From positions 37,808 to 101,807 of the forward strand of contig JANXEE010000015.1 of assembly GCA_025058225.1 (NCBI GenBank): a DNA stretch of 64,000 nucleotides, in the 5' to 3' direction. This stretch comes from Candidatus Calditenuaceae archaeon. GTDB taxonomy: Archaea; Thermoproteota; Nitrososphaeria_A; Caldarchaeales; Calditenuaceae. Position 1 is the stretch's first letter. The number at the start of each line of letters is the position of its first letter. Under the pieces are notes generated by a model. That model saw only the letters and a program-made list of their open reading frames with translations, did not search any database and was not told where the DNA came from. Positions 50,365 through 59,993 of the stretch are shown piece after piece. The translations under genes and the position numbers were made by a program.

Positions 50365-51477
50365 TCACCGCTTCGTGAGTTCCGCGAGCCTCTCCGGGAG
50401 GAAGTCCTTCACGATGAACTCGAGCCCGTACTTCGAGAACGCCTCGAGCTCTGCCTTCCTCTTCAACTTCTCGAAGTACTTCACCTCCCTCCTCCAGGGA
50501 TCGGTCTGGTATCTGGGGTCCTCGACCAGCTCCGAGAGCCGCTTCTCGTCCACATCGGTGAACTTCATCGACGGTAGCTTGTATTTCGTTATGTCGGTCG
50601 CGTAGACCCCTGCCCAAACGGCGTCGGGGACGTTGATCTGCTTGATGTGGGCCGAGAGGGCAGATCCGTGTATGAGGACGGAGGCTATGTGCATGCCGTA
50701 AGGGTCCGCGTCGGCGAAGACGTAGATCGGGAGGTTCAGCTCCTCCCTTATTCTCCTAATCAGCTTCCTGCAGTTCCTCGGTGACTGCCCGGCCGTGTGG
50801 ATGAGCAGAGCCTTGAACTTCTTGTCGGCCCGCTCCTCAACGAACCTGCTGAAGACTGCACCCTTCTCGATTACGAAAGCCATCTCAGCACCGCATCTCA
50901 CGAACTCCGCGGTGGTGAGCGCAGGACCTATCGCGTAGCCGTCGGGATGAGTCGAAAGGTCGACGCGGTTTCCCCTGAAGCCCGGTATGGTGTATTCTAT
51001 TACGAGGTCTCCGTATATCGAGGCCCTCTCCTCCGGGAAGATGTTGAAGTCCTCCCTCGGGTGTCCCAATACGCTCTCCAGCTCCAGGATGATGTCGTCG
51101 CTCTCGTCCTGATCCTCGAAGTCCACGTTTTCACCCAACGCGACGTAGTACGTGTCCCTCAAGGTCGAGGTCTTTCCCGATTCTATGAGCTGTTTCGCGA
51201 ACTTCATCAACCAGACCATCTGCGCGAACGGTCTGACGTGTCTGATGTTGCTAAGGGTCCTCACGGCCTTCTTCGGGCCGAGCACGTACTGCCTCAGGGC
51301 GTCGTCGTAGACGATGTTCTTAGTCGTCCTTAAGGGCAGCTCCACCGAGGGCCACCTCCCCCTCCTCAGGTCTTGAACGATTCTGGTACCGGTAGCCTTC
51401 AGCTTCTCGACTACCTCAGCCTTCACCTTATCGGCCCTGTAGACGGCCTTGTCCTGCCTCTCGCCCTTCATCTGCAA
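50365..51477 (-). CDS. top6A: DNA topoisomerase VI subunit A (Spo11 family)
   Basis: 370 aa. The winged-helix region has STLRDTYY (catalytic Tyr region). The Toprim domain has FVIEKGAVF and VFADADPYG. Confidence 0.95.
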   Translation of the reverse strand: MQMKGERQDKAVYRADKVKAEVVEKLKATGTRIVQDLRRGRWPSVELPLRTTKNIVYDDALRQYVLGPKKAVRTLSNIRHVRPFAQMVWLMKFAKQLIESGKTSTLRDTYYVALGENVDFEDQDESDDIILELESVLGHPREDFNIFPEERASIYGDLVIEYTIPGFRGNRVDLSTHPDGYAIGPALTTAEFVRCGAEMAFVIEKGAVFSRFVEERADKKFKALLIHTAGQSPRNCRKLIRRIREELNLPIYVFADADPYGMHIASVLIHGSALSAHIKQINVPDAVWAGVYATDITKYKLPSMKFTDVDEKRLSELVEDPRYQTDPWRREVKYFEKLKRKAELEAFSKYGLEFIVKDFLPERLAELTKR

Positions 51478-51514
51478 GACCAGTTCTGTCGCCGGCTCTT
51501 AACGTCATCCGTAG

Positions 51515-52510
51515 GTGGACCTCCGGTTGTCCGCTCGGAATAACGGTAATTATTCAGTGGGGTGCGAGTGGTCGGTAGGTGCGACGATTTTGGCTGAAGG
51601 CATAGACGAGCGGGAGCTCTTGTGGATGCTACGTCACCGGATTCGGCGTAAGATCATCGAGGCCATCGGTGACTCAGGAAAGATCGGTGCGGTGGCCCTC
51701 AGAGAGAGGTTGGGCATCAGCACCGGCTCCCTCTACTACAACCTCAGACAGCTCAGGGACCTCGTGGCCCAAGACGACAAGCGGAACTACGTTCTGACGA
51801 AGCTCGGCGAGCAGGTCTACAGGTACCTGAAGACCAGGGAAGACGTTTCGTTCGAGGAGATGGAGGTGGGACGGAGTCGGATGCTCGAGCTGGTCAGTCA
51901 GCTCTTCATCCCCACTTGGTTGATCAGCCCTTCCATGGAGAGGGTGAGGTTCGGGGTGTTGACAGCGGCCCTCTCGGTCGCGGTGCTTTCGGCCCTCCTC
52001 ATCAACGGGAAGTTCGTGCTCATCTTCCTGCACGTCTACAAGTTCAGGAACTTCTCGATGGACTATTTCGCCGTATGGATGGCTGCGTCTGCTCTGCTCA
52101 CTTACAGCTACTTCTCCCTCCTGTCTGAGGTCTACGAACGCTTCTCCGGGAGGAAGTCCGAGAGGTTCAAGGGCTTCAGGGGTTTCATCGCATCCGTTCT
52201 GCTCTTCGGTGGCCAGTGGAGGCAGGCGCTGACTCTGATTCCGTTGGGACTGTTGCCTATGTCCATCTACCCGACCGCGGCCTTTGTGGACAGGGTCTTA
52301 AGGCTCGGGCAATTCGAGTCGACCTTCCCGCTGCCGAACAGCGTAACGGCCAACCTGGTCCTGGTGGCTTCCCAGGTGATCTCTTTCCTGGTCTTCGCAG
52401 CAGGGCTTTCCTACGTGAGACGGATTAGATGGCACGTCGCCGCGCTCATCTCCTTCTCCCTGATCTACCTCTCCATAATCGTGTCCTATCTCGTGACCTC
52501 GTCGGGGTGA
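51515..52510 (+). CDS. ArsR-like winged-helix domain fused to a multi-TM membrane domain
   Basis: 331 aa. RRKIIEAIGDSGKIGAVALRERLGISTGSLYYNLRQLRDLV ... YVLTKLG, then about 6 TM helices. GTG start is listed; an internal TTG/ATG start is possible. Confidence 0.6.
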   Translation: MDLRLSARNNGNYSVGCEWSVGATILAEGIDERELLWMLRHRIRRKIIEAIGDSGKIGAVALRERLGISTGSLYYNLRQLRDLVAQDDKRNYVLTKLGEQVYRYLKTREDVSFEEMEVGRSRMLELVSQLFIPTWLISPSMERVRFGVLTAALSVAVLSALLINGKFVLIFLHVYKFRNFSMDYFAVWMAASALLTYSYFSLLSEVYERFSGRKSERFKGFRGFIASVLLFGGQWRQALTLIPLGLLPMSIYPTAAFVDRVLRLGQFESTFPLPNSVTANLVLVASQVISFLVFAAGLSYVRRIRWHVAALISFSLIYLSIIVSYLVTSSG

Positions 52511-52511
52511 C

Positions 52512-53852
52512 TCAGGCCCTAGCCTCTTGGTCCGAGATCTTCAGGACCTCGTCCAGTACCTCAATCCCCCTGTCAACGTCGCTCTCGGTAGCTATGAGGG
52601 GCGGCGCGATCACGAGGTTGTTTACGTAACCCAGCACGTAAACGCCGCGCTTCAGGGCCTCCGTTGCCAGCCTCTCTGCCATTATCTGGTTGCCAGCGTA
52701 TTTGTCGGCGTAGACGTTGAACGGTTCGCCGGTGCCTCTGTCGATGGTAAGGTCTATGGCCCAGAACATGCCCAGTCCCCTCACCTCACCTATTGAGCGG
52801 TGCCTCTCCTCCAACTCCCTCAACCTCCTCTCGAGGTATTTGCCGACCCTCGCGACGTTCTCCCATATCCTGAGACGCTTGTACTCCTGAATCGCTGCCT
52901 TTGCAGCCGCCAGCGCCACCGGGTGGGCCTCGTAGGTGTGTCCGTGTGCGAAGAAGTTGTCCTCGAAGTGTTCAGCGATCTCCTTGCTGACGGCCGTCAT
53001 CGCCAGCGGCATGTAGGATGAGGTCAGGCCTTTGGCTGTGATCAGGATGTCCGGCTTAACCCCCCAGTGCTCCACCGCGAACCACTTACCCGTCCTGAAC
53101 CATCCGGTCATGACCTCGTCGTCCAGGAGGAGTACGCCGTTCTCCCTCGCTATCTCCTGCAACCTCTCCATGTATCCCTTGGGAGGAACTATCACACCGT
53201 TGGTCCCGACGACCGGTTCGAAGAGGATCCCGGCGATCCCGAACTCATTCTTGATCATGTGGTCGATCACCTCGACGCACGCTATGCCGCAGTCGGGATA
53301 CTTCAGCTTGAACGGGCATCTGTAGCAGTAAGGCGGCGGTGCGAAGACGACGTCCCCAGCCTTACCGAAATGCTCGACGAACCACCTCCTCACCTCTCCG
53401 CTGGCCGCGAGCGAACCCATCGTGGAGCCGTGATACGAGAAGTACCTCGAGAGTATCTTGGGCTTTCCGGTCTTGAGCCTGGCGATCTTGATGGCCGCCT
53501 CTATGGCGTCGGTTCCGGAGGTGGCGAAGAAGAACTTCTCCAGCCCAGCCGGGAGCACCTCTTTCACCAGCCTCGCGACTTCGGCCTTGACGTCTGTGGT
53601 CATCGAGGGTATGATGTACGGGAGCGAGACTATCTGAGAAGCGACGGCCTCAGCGATGGCTTTATTAGAGTAGCCGAGGTTGACGCAGACCAGCATCGAG
53701 GAGAAGTCGAGGATAGACCTCCCTGAGGTGTCCAGAACATAGCATCCCTCGCCCTTCACGAGGTGCGGCGGGCTCCAGCCCCTCTGCTTCCTCCAGGTCC
53801 CGAAAAGGTGGGCTCTAGTGGTACCAACCACGTCGTCCTGCAACGCCGTCAC
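52512..53852 (-). CDS. Class III PLP-dependent aminotransferase (omega-amino acid/ornithine type)
   Basis: 446 aa. FATSGTDAIEAAIKIAR, LLDDEVMTGWFRTGKWF, DILITAKGLTSSYMPL (PLP Lys). Confidence 0.85.
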   Translation of the reverse strand: MTALQDDVVGTTRAHLFGTWRKQRGWSPPHLVKGEGCYVLDTSGRSILDFSSMLVCVNLGYSNKAIAEAVASQIVSLPYIIPSMTTDVKAEVARLVKEVLPAGLEKFFFATSGTDAIEAAIKIARLKTGKPKILSRYFSYHGSTMGSLAASGEVRRWFVEHFGKAGDVVFAPPPYCYRCPFKLKYPDCGIACVEVIDHMIKNEFGIAGILFEPVVGTNGVIVPPKGYMERLQEIARENGVLLLDDEVMTGWFRTGKWFAVEHWGVKPDILITAKGLTSSYMPLAMTAVSKEIAEHFEDNFFAHGHTYEAHPVALAAAKAAIQEYKRLRIWENVARVGKYLERRLRELEERHRSIGEVRGLGMFWAIDLTIDRGTGEPFNVYADKYAGNQIMAERLATEALKRGVYVLGYVNNLVIAPPLIATESDVDRGIEVLDEVLKISDQEARA

Positions 53853-53900
53853 ACCAAACAGCCTTCTTAAATAAGCAACTCTTGTAACTATACGTCAAAC

Positions 53901-54272
53901 ATGGGTCACGACCCAACTAAGTTGAGGGTGGTCCTCACGGTGACGTACTCCGCCGTTACGGTGGCGGTCTCCCTGATGCTGATGGGGCGCGGTATTCTTC
54001 ACGAGTGGCCCGATTTCGTGCACACGACGTACGGCTTTCCACTCACCTGGGGCGTTCACGTGACCGAGACCTTCACGGGGCCCGCGAACTTCTGGATGGT
54101 CGACACTTCTGCCCTGTTGTTCGATTTGCTCTTCTGGGAGGTCGTTGCCGTAGCGCTGCCGCTGGCGTCGCTCCTCTTGGTCCCAGGAGCTCGGACGCGG
54201 TCTCGAGGGCCGCGTGGTCCAGACCCGCGCCCCCGAACTGAACAGCGTTTAGACTTAAATAAGGAACGATGA
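53901..54272 (+). CDS. Hypothetical membrane protein
   Basis: 123-aa ORF with two hydrophobic helices and a basic, disordered C-terminal tail. No family recognised. Confidence 0.4.
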   Translation: MGHDPTKLRVVLTVTYSAVTVAVSLMLMGRGILHEWPDFVHTTYGFPLTWGVHVTETFTGPANFWMVDTSALLFDLLFWEVVAVALPLASLLLVPGARTRSRGPRGPDPRPRTEQRLDLNKER

Positions 54273-54312
54273 CGATAGAAAGGGGCTACCCCCAGAAGGT
54301 GAAAGAAAGCTC

Positions 54313-56217
54313 ATGTTTAGCTCGATCAGGGAGGAGATCTTCAATTATCTAGCGACGTTGGGTCAGGGCCAGAGGGTTGCGACCAAGATAGACTACGAGG
54401 GGCCGAGGATCTCAATATACACGGACAAGGACGACGTGTTCGCGGACCGCAACAGGATCGCTCGGGAACTCGTGAACCTGATAAAGAAGCGCGTCGTCAT
54501 CAGACCCGATCCTTCTATCAGAACACCGAGGGAGGTCGTGGAGGCAGCCATCGCAGAGGCCTTCGGTAACCATCAGTATTCCCTCCGCGTAGACGAGGAG
54601 CTGGGAGAGGCGATAGTGACCATCAAGACGAAGGACGTGGTCGTCCCGATAGACGAGACGACGATAGCTGAGCTCGAGAACAGGCTCAAGTGGGTCGTGA
54701 CCGTCAGGAGGGCTCCGCCGATGACGTCGACGACCGTTGAGAAGGTCAGCAAGTACATCTACGGCGCAGGACCGGAGAGGATAGAGATCCTGAGGTCGAT
54801 AGGCGAGAGGGTCTTCAGGGACAGGCTCTTCCAAGGGAACGAGGTCGTCGTCACGTTCCTTGGAGGAGCTATGCAGGTCGGACGGTCATGTCTGCTGGTC
54901 AAGACGAAGGAGAGCACGGTCCTGATGGACGCTGGAATAAACGCCGGCGCGAGCAAAGTCTCTGACGTCTTTCCCAAGTTCGACGCGTATCCCGATCTAA
55001 TTGACGAGTTGGACGCGGTCGTCATAACTCATTCACACATGGACCACCACGGTGCGCTGCCGCTGCTCTTCAAGTACGGCTATAGAGGACCCGTCTACAT
55101 GACGGAACCGACGTTGCCTCTAATGACGATGGAGCACTTAGACTACCTGAACCTCGTCGGGAAGGAGGGAGAGTTCGCTCCCTACTCCGAACACGACATC
55201 AGGACCGTCGCCCAATACACGGTGACGCTCCGATACGGCGTGGTGACCAACATCACTCCAGACATGAGGCTGACGTTCTACAACGCGGGTCACATAATAG
55301 GATCAGCGATCGCGCACCTACACGTAGATGACGGTTTCCATAACATCGTTTACACCGGCGACTTCAAGTACGAGGAGACTGAGATGCTCAGTCCGGCGAT
55401 CACGAAGTTCCCGAGGATCGAGACGCTCATCATGGAGAGCACCTACGGCGCAACGCCCGTCCCTTACACGCGGGAGGAGAGCGTCAGGATGCTCGCTGAG
55501 AGGATATCGCAAACGGTGAGGGGTGGCGGCCAGGTCCTCATACCGGTGCCGGCGGTCGGCAGGGCCCAAGAGATCATGCTGGTCATAAGGAGACTCTTCG
55601 AGCAGAAGGTGATACCGGAGGTCCCCGTCTTCGCGGACGGCTTACTCATCGAGTCGACCGCGATTCACATGATGTTCCCCGAATACATGTCGGTCAAGCT
55701 TCAGGGCGAGATGGAGCAGGTCGGGAACGTCTTCCTCTCGGACTACTTCACACTGGTCAGGAGCTCCCAGCAACGCGAAGAGATCCTCCAGTCCTCGGAG
55801 CCGGCAATAGTCCTCGCGACCTCAGGTATGATGGAGGGAGGGCCGGTCCTGGCGTACTTCAGGAAGCTCTGCGGCGATGAGCGCAACCTGTTGCAGTTCG
55901 TCAGCTACCAGGTCGAGGGGACCTTGGGCAGGAAGATCCTGAAGGGCATGAGGGAAGTGCAGGTCACTAACGAGGAGGGGAAGCTGGAGGCGCTGACCGT
56001 GAAGATGAACGTCGACAAGATCGATGGCTTCTCCGGCCACTCCAGCAGACAACAGCTCATAAACTACCTGAAGAGGGTCTCCACCAGGCCGAGGAACGTC
56101 GTGTTGTTGCACGGTGAGCCCGAGGCCATTCAGTCCTTGTATTCAGTCGCAAGGAAGGTGGTTCCGGGAGCCTCGATATACGCACCGAACAACTTGGACT
56201 CATTGAGGCTGGCGTGA
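54313..56217 (+). CDS. aCPSF1 / FttA: beta-CASP metallo-beta-lactamase ribonuclease with N-terminal KH domains
   Basis: 634 aa. Two KH-like N-terminal domains, then GGAMQVGRSC, VITHSHMDHHGALP, and beta-CASP motifs. The length is typical of archaeal CPSF1. Confidence 0.9.
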   Translation: MFSSIREEIFNYLATLGQGQRVATKIDYEGPRISIYTDKDDVFADRNRIARELVNLIKKRVVIRPDPSIRTPREVVEAAIAEAFGNHQYSLRVDEELGEAIVTIKTKDVVVPIDETTIAELENRLKWVVTVRRAPPMTSTTVEKVSKYIYGAGPERIEILRSIGERVFRDRLFQGNEVVVTFLGGAMQVGRSCLLVKTKESTVLMDAGINAGASKVSDVFPKFDAYPDLIDELDAVVITHSHMDHHGALPLLFKYGYRGPVYMTEPTLPLMTMEHLDYLNLVGKEGEFAPYSEHDIRTVAQYTVTLRYGVVTNITPDMRLTFYNAGHIIGSAIAHLHVDDGFHNIVYTGDFKYEETEMLSPAITKFPRIETLIMESTYGATPVPYTREESVRMLAERISQTVRGGGQVLIPVPAVGRAQEIMLVIRRLFEQKVIPEVPVFADGLLIESTAIHMMFPEYMSVKLQGEMEQVGNVFLSDYFTLVRSSQQREEILQSSEPAIVLATSGMMEGGPVLAYFRKLCGDERNLLQFVSYQVEGTLGRKILKGMREVQVTNEEGKLEALTVKMNVDKIDGFSGHSSRQQLINYLKRVSTRPRNVVLLHGEPEAIQSLYSVARKVVPGASIYAPNNLDSLRLA

Positions 56218-56223
56218 GGCTGC

Positions 56224-57549
56224 TCAAACTCGATATTCGTCGAGAGTGCTGGTGTGACCTCTCCTCGACCTCGGCTCGGAGCTCCTCCTCTTCTGGCTGC
56301 TCTTGAGGGGTGCAGGGAGTTCAAGCCTTCCGTAGACGCCGTCGAAGCCCGGGATCACTCTCAGTTCGTTACGTCTCATCATCTCGATCACCTTAGCGAG
56401 CACAGGGCCGCTCAACCTGGCTATCTCCTCTATCGGCGCCTCGAGGAGTACCTGTATCTCGTTGCTGAAGGCGTTGACCAGCTTCACGTACTCGGTCCAG
56501 AGGGTCTTCGACATCAGGTTGACCGTGTTGGGGTCCTCTCCCCTGCTGAGGGCGATCAGCTCCTGTAACGGCAGGAGGTAGACGAAGTCGTTCGCGTGAT
56601 CCGGCCTGTAGCCCTCCGGTCTGTCTGCCAACTCCTCTACTCGATCTTCGACTCCCTTCGTCAGCCTCCTCCCGCACTTCGGGCAGACGTATCGCACCCT
56701 CTTCGCCTCGTTCGGGCTCAGGGGACCGACACCGCACTCCCTGTGACCCGACCAGTGGTACTTCCCGTAGCTGGGAGGGACTTCGACGGTCATGACGATC
56801 CTCGATGCACTGGATGAGCGGGTGAGGGCAGCGTGAACGCTCTCGTAGGAGAGCTCCTCCACCTCGAGGACCACCATCTCCCTTCCTATGCGGTAGGGAT
56901 AGGGGCTGTGAGAGTCAGAAGAGCTGAGTAGCAGGAACCTGTCGAGCTCGCTCACCCTCCAGTTCATCGGCGGGTCGCTGCTGAGCCCGGTCTCGATCGC
57001 GTAGATCTTGTCGGTCTCATCCTCATAGCACTCATAGACCGAGTCGACACCGCTGAAGGCCCCGAAGATCGACCACCACGGAGTCCACGCATGTGCCGGG
57101 AAGACATAGCACCTCCGATCGGTTTGGAGCACAACCTCAACCAGCTCGCTGGGCCTGACGTTGAGCACGGGCCTCCCGTCGGACTCGACGTTTCCGTACC
57201 TCCTCAGGGAGTCAGAGAGCTGCTCAGCCACCTCCAAGCCGGGCATCAGAATCACGTGATGTATTTTCCGGACTCTGCCGGCGTACTCATGCACGGTAGC
57301 GACCTCCGTTTGAGTGACGAACCTCACCCGCCCGCCTCCTCTGTACTCGTAGATGCCAGGCGAAACCTCGCGTGTGTTCTCGGTTAGCTCCTTCAACCAG
57401 AGAGGGTGAAGCGCGTCACCTGTCCCCATCAGGTCTATTCCCTTGAGATCAGCATAGTAGACGAGCTCGTCTAGGGTCATCCTAGTGGATGTGGCACCCG
57501 AATATCTCGAGTGTATTTGCAGGTCAGCGAAGGCCCTCAGTCCGATCAC
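56224..57549 (-). CDS. Endonuclease Q (PHP-domain DNA repair endonuclease with zinc finger)
   Basis: 441 aa. DLQIHSRYS, GTGDALHPLW, KIHHVILMP, DGRPVLNV, PAHAWTPWWSIFG, SSSDSHSPYPYRIGRE, GKYHWSGH, CPKCGRRLTKGVEDRVEELAD. This pattern matches my memory of Pyrococcus EndoQ. Confidence 0.75.
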   Translation of the reverse strand: MIGLRAFADLQIHSRYSGATSTRMTLDELVYYADLKGIDLMGTGDALHPLWLKELTENTREVSPGIYEYRGGGRVRFVTQTEVATVHEYAGRVRKIHHVILMPGLEVAEQLSDSLRRYGNVESDGRPVLNVRPSELVEVVLQTDRRCYVFPAHAWTPWWSIFGAFSGVDSVYECYEDETDKIYAIETGLSSDPPMNWRVSELDRFLLLSSSDSHSPYPYRIGREMVVLEVEELSYESVHAALTRSSSASRIVMTVEVPPSYGKYHWSGHRECGVGPLSPNEAKRVRYVCPKCGRRLTKGVEDRVEELADRPEGYRPDHANDFVYLLPLQELIALSRGEDPNTVNLMSKTLWTEYVKLVNAFSNEIQVLLEAPIEEIARLSGPVLAKVIEMMRRNELRVIPGFDGVYGRLELPAPLKSSQKRRSSEPRSRRGHTSTLDEYRV

Positions 57550-57587
57550 CCTTCGACCTCAGCTCGACGCTCATCGTCCGATCTCCT

Positions 57588-58631
57588 TCACCTAAGACCC
57601 TCCGTTATGGCCACCGCAACAGCTACAGCAGGGTCCTCCATTCCGTCCCTGAATCTTCTGGCTTTCTCTTCCAGACTCTTCCTGAAGGACGCGTCGCGGG
57701 CCAGCTCCAGAGCTCCGATGACGGATCGCTCCTCAGCCTCTATTAACCTAAGGAACCCTCTCCTCAGCAGGAACCTGTGCACGGCCGGCAGCTCGCCGGG
57801 GTAGAACGAGAACGCAGGGACACCGAGGAGGGCGGCTTCCTGTGCGGTCGTCCCGCCCCCCGAGAAGACAGCATCTGCGTTCGCGATGAGCGGCAAGAGA
57901 AGGGTCGGCTCAACCAGCATCTTGACTCGATCTCCACCGTCCCGAGCCAGCATGGAGGCGTCGTCCCTGTAACGGGTCACCACGAGCACGTCGCCGTCGT
58001 AACGCGTGCTAAGGATCTTCACGATCCTTGAAGTGCTATCGAGCCCCCTCTCCGAGACGTAGCTGGCCTTCCTCTCAGGTAACCTGACTAAGACGTACCT
58101 CCCGTGGGAGGCGGAGGTACTGTGGGCGTTGAGTCTCCTCATCCACGCTATCGGGTCCAGTCCTTTGTATCGCAGGAACCTGGTCGACGGCGTGGCCCAT
58201 CTCCTCCACTCCCTGATTGGTATGAACCGGGGAGTAGCCACGAGATCGGAGAGCGGTACGCAGGCCCTGTTGACCGGTGAATGTGGCGTGTCCGAGGCGA
58301 GGTAGTGCTTCATCGAAAGACCGTAGGAGACCCTGCAGAGCTCAATCGATCCGCTCGACACGGTTAACTTCGGTCTGATCTCTCTCACAATTTCTATCAA
58401 CTGCGCTTGCCTCTCGGTGCTCGCCAGCAACTTCCCCTCAAGGCTCTCATCGCCGAACCTGCCTGCCCTCAGGACCTCGAGACCCAGATCTCTCTCGATC
58501 CAGTCGAGCTGCTCGTAAGACCTCGTGACGTAGGAGGTTTCGAACCCGCGGGACTTCAGCTCGAGGCCCACGGCCCAGAAGAACAGCGCCTGTTTAGGCG
58601 TGAGGACGTCGAAGAGGACGTCGCAGGCCAC
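57588..58631 (-). CDS. DUF354-like protein with GT-B glycosyltransferase/epimerase-like fold (tentative)
   Basis: 347 aa. The N-terminus is DVLTPKQALFFW. The C-terminal nucleotide-sugar-like motif is SGGGTTAQEAALLGVPAFSF. The start lies 6 nt after the crenactin stop. Confidence 0.6.
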   Translation of the reverse strand: MACDVLFDVLTPKQALFFWAVGLELKSRGFETSYVTRSYEQLDWIERDLGLEVLRAGRFGDESLEGKLLASTERQAQLIEIVREIRPKLTVSSGSIELCRVSYGLSMKHYLASDTPHSPVNRACVPLSDLVATPRFIPIREWRRWATPSTRFLRYKGLDPIAWMRRLNAHSTSASHGRYVLVRLPERKASYVSERGLDSTSRIVKILSTRYDGDVLVVTRYRDDASMLARDGGDRVKMLVEPTLLLPLIANADAVFSGGGTTAQEAALLGVPAFSFYPGELPAVHRFLLRRGFLRLIEAEERSVIGALELARDASFRKSLEEKARRFRDGMEDPAVAVAVAITEGLR

Positions 58632-58637
58632 GATCTC

Positions 58638-59903
58638 TCACCTGAACCTCATCCACCCCTCCATCCTCTCCCAGGACCACTCGTAGTTCGCGGGGACCGA
58701 GTAACCGAAGACTATGCAGCCCCTCCACACCGTGAACTGAGGTTCTTCGGAGGACCTGACGTTGACGTTCTCCACCCCTCTCTCCGAGAGGTCCTTCTTC
58801 ACTCTGGTGGCAGCGTCCGAAGCTGTGCCCCTCAGCTCCTGCGGAGCCGACCACGAGAGGTTTCCTCCGGACAGTATTACCTGCGAGTACAGGTAGGGCT
58901 GCAGCTCCACGGGGCATCTCTCAACGGCGGATATCACCGCATCGGCGACTGTTGTCGTTCCGTAGAACACCGTGTCTCCGAACTTGACGTCCTTGGGCCT
59001 GGGCATTCCGCGCTTGAAGTAGCTCTCGAAGACCTCCTTGTTGGGGTCGAATACGTACTCGCCGATGAGGAACCTGGTCCATGAGCTCTCTCCTAGGTCG
59101 ACGGTGATCCTCGTTCCCGGTATTTTGATGGGCCTTCTCACCGCTGATGGGTTGGACTTCGCGAATGAGACGGCCCTGTCGAGGTCGAGGGGCAAAAGGC
59201 CCAGCTGCTCCTTCACCCTCCTCACGAATGCCTCCTCCTTGGCCAGGTCGCCGTACCCAGCGTCCTTGAGGATCTCCGCAGTTATCGCGTTGGCGTCCGC
59301 ACCACCTCTGTTGAGGGCGACTATCGCTCCCCTGATAGGCGCTCTGGAGATCGGCGTGACCTGGGTGTTGCCGTGACCGCTCTCCACGACGACGCATGAG
59401 GTTGCCTTATGGGCTATCGCCACCGCCAAGGGCTGAGGTATTATCGTTGAGGAGTGAACCAACCCCTCCTTCGCCAGCTCAGAGTGGACCTCGAAGAGCG
59501 TTTCGTACATGTATCGGGGCGAGACAGCAGAGAGTGCGGCCACCAAGTAGAACCCCGCGAACCCGATGCCCTTCGGCCTGAACTCCTCCAGCGAGGCCCT
59601 GGTAAGCTCTCTTACGACCCTCCACGCCCTAGAGTCGTCCCTGTTCACCAGCCCGCTCCTCATGGGGTAGACCATCCTGCTCAGCAGATCGGCTCCGCTC
59701 TCCAGGAACAGCACGACGTCCTTTCCGACCACGACCTCCTTCTCGACGCCCATTATCCTCGAGACGATCGAAGGCTCCGGGAAGTAGCCTCTGTTCTCGA
59801 TCACCTGAGGTCTCTCCCCGAGTGTTATCGGACCGTACTTGTAGTCGCTGGTGCCGTAATCGGCCCCGAAGATGTACCGACGCTTGTAGTCCTCCTCGAA
59901 CAC
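58638..59903 (-). CDS. Crenactin (archaeal actin homologue)
   Basis: 421 aa. FGADYGTSDYKYGPITL, IIPQPLAVAIAHKATSCVVVESGHGNTQVTPIS, ALNRGGADANAIT, WTRFLIGEYVFDPN, VILSGGNLSW, EPQFTVWRGCIVFGY. Collinear with Pyrobaculum crenactin as I remember it. Confidence 0.9.
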   Translation of the reverse strand: MFEEDYKRRYIFGADYGTSDYKYGPITLGERPQVIENRGYFPEPSIVSRIMGVEKEVVVGKDVVLFLESGADLLSRMVYPMRSGLVNRDDSRAWRVVRELTRASLEEFRPKGIGFAGFYLVAALSAVSPRYMYETLFEVHSELAKEGLVHSSTIIPQPLAVAIAHKATSCVVVESGHGNTQVTPISRAPIRGAIVALNRGGADANAITAEILKDAGYGDLAKEEAFVRRVKEQLGLLPLDLDRAVSFAKSNPSAVRRPIKIPGTRITVDLGESSWTRFLIGEYVFDPNKEVFESYFKRGMPRPKDVKFGDTVFYGTTTVADAVISAVERCPVELQPYLYSQVILSGGNLSWSAPQELRGTASDAATRVKKDLSERGVENVNVRSSEEPQFTVWRGCIVFGYSVPANYEWSWERMEGWMRFR

Positions 59904-59993
59904 GTCTATCGTGAGAGGTCCCGGCTCGTCTAAGAGCTTATCGTGCCGCCTCGACCATCGCCGAGTTTCAGCCTGCGTCGCCTTCCGTTAATC

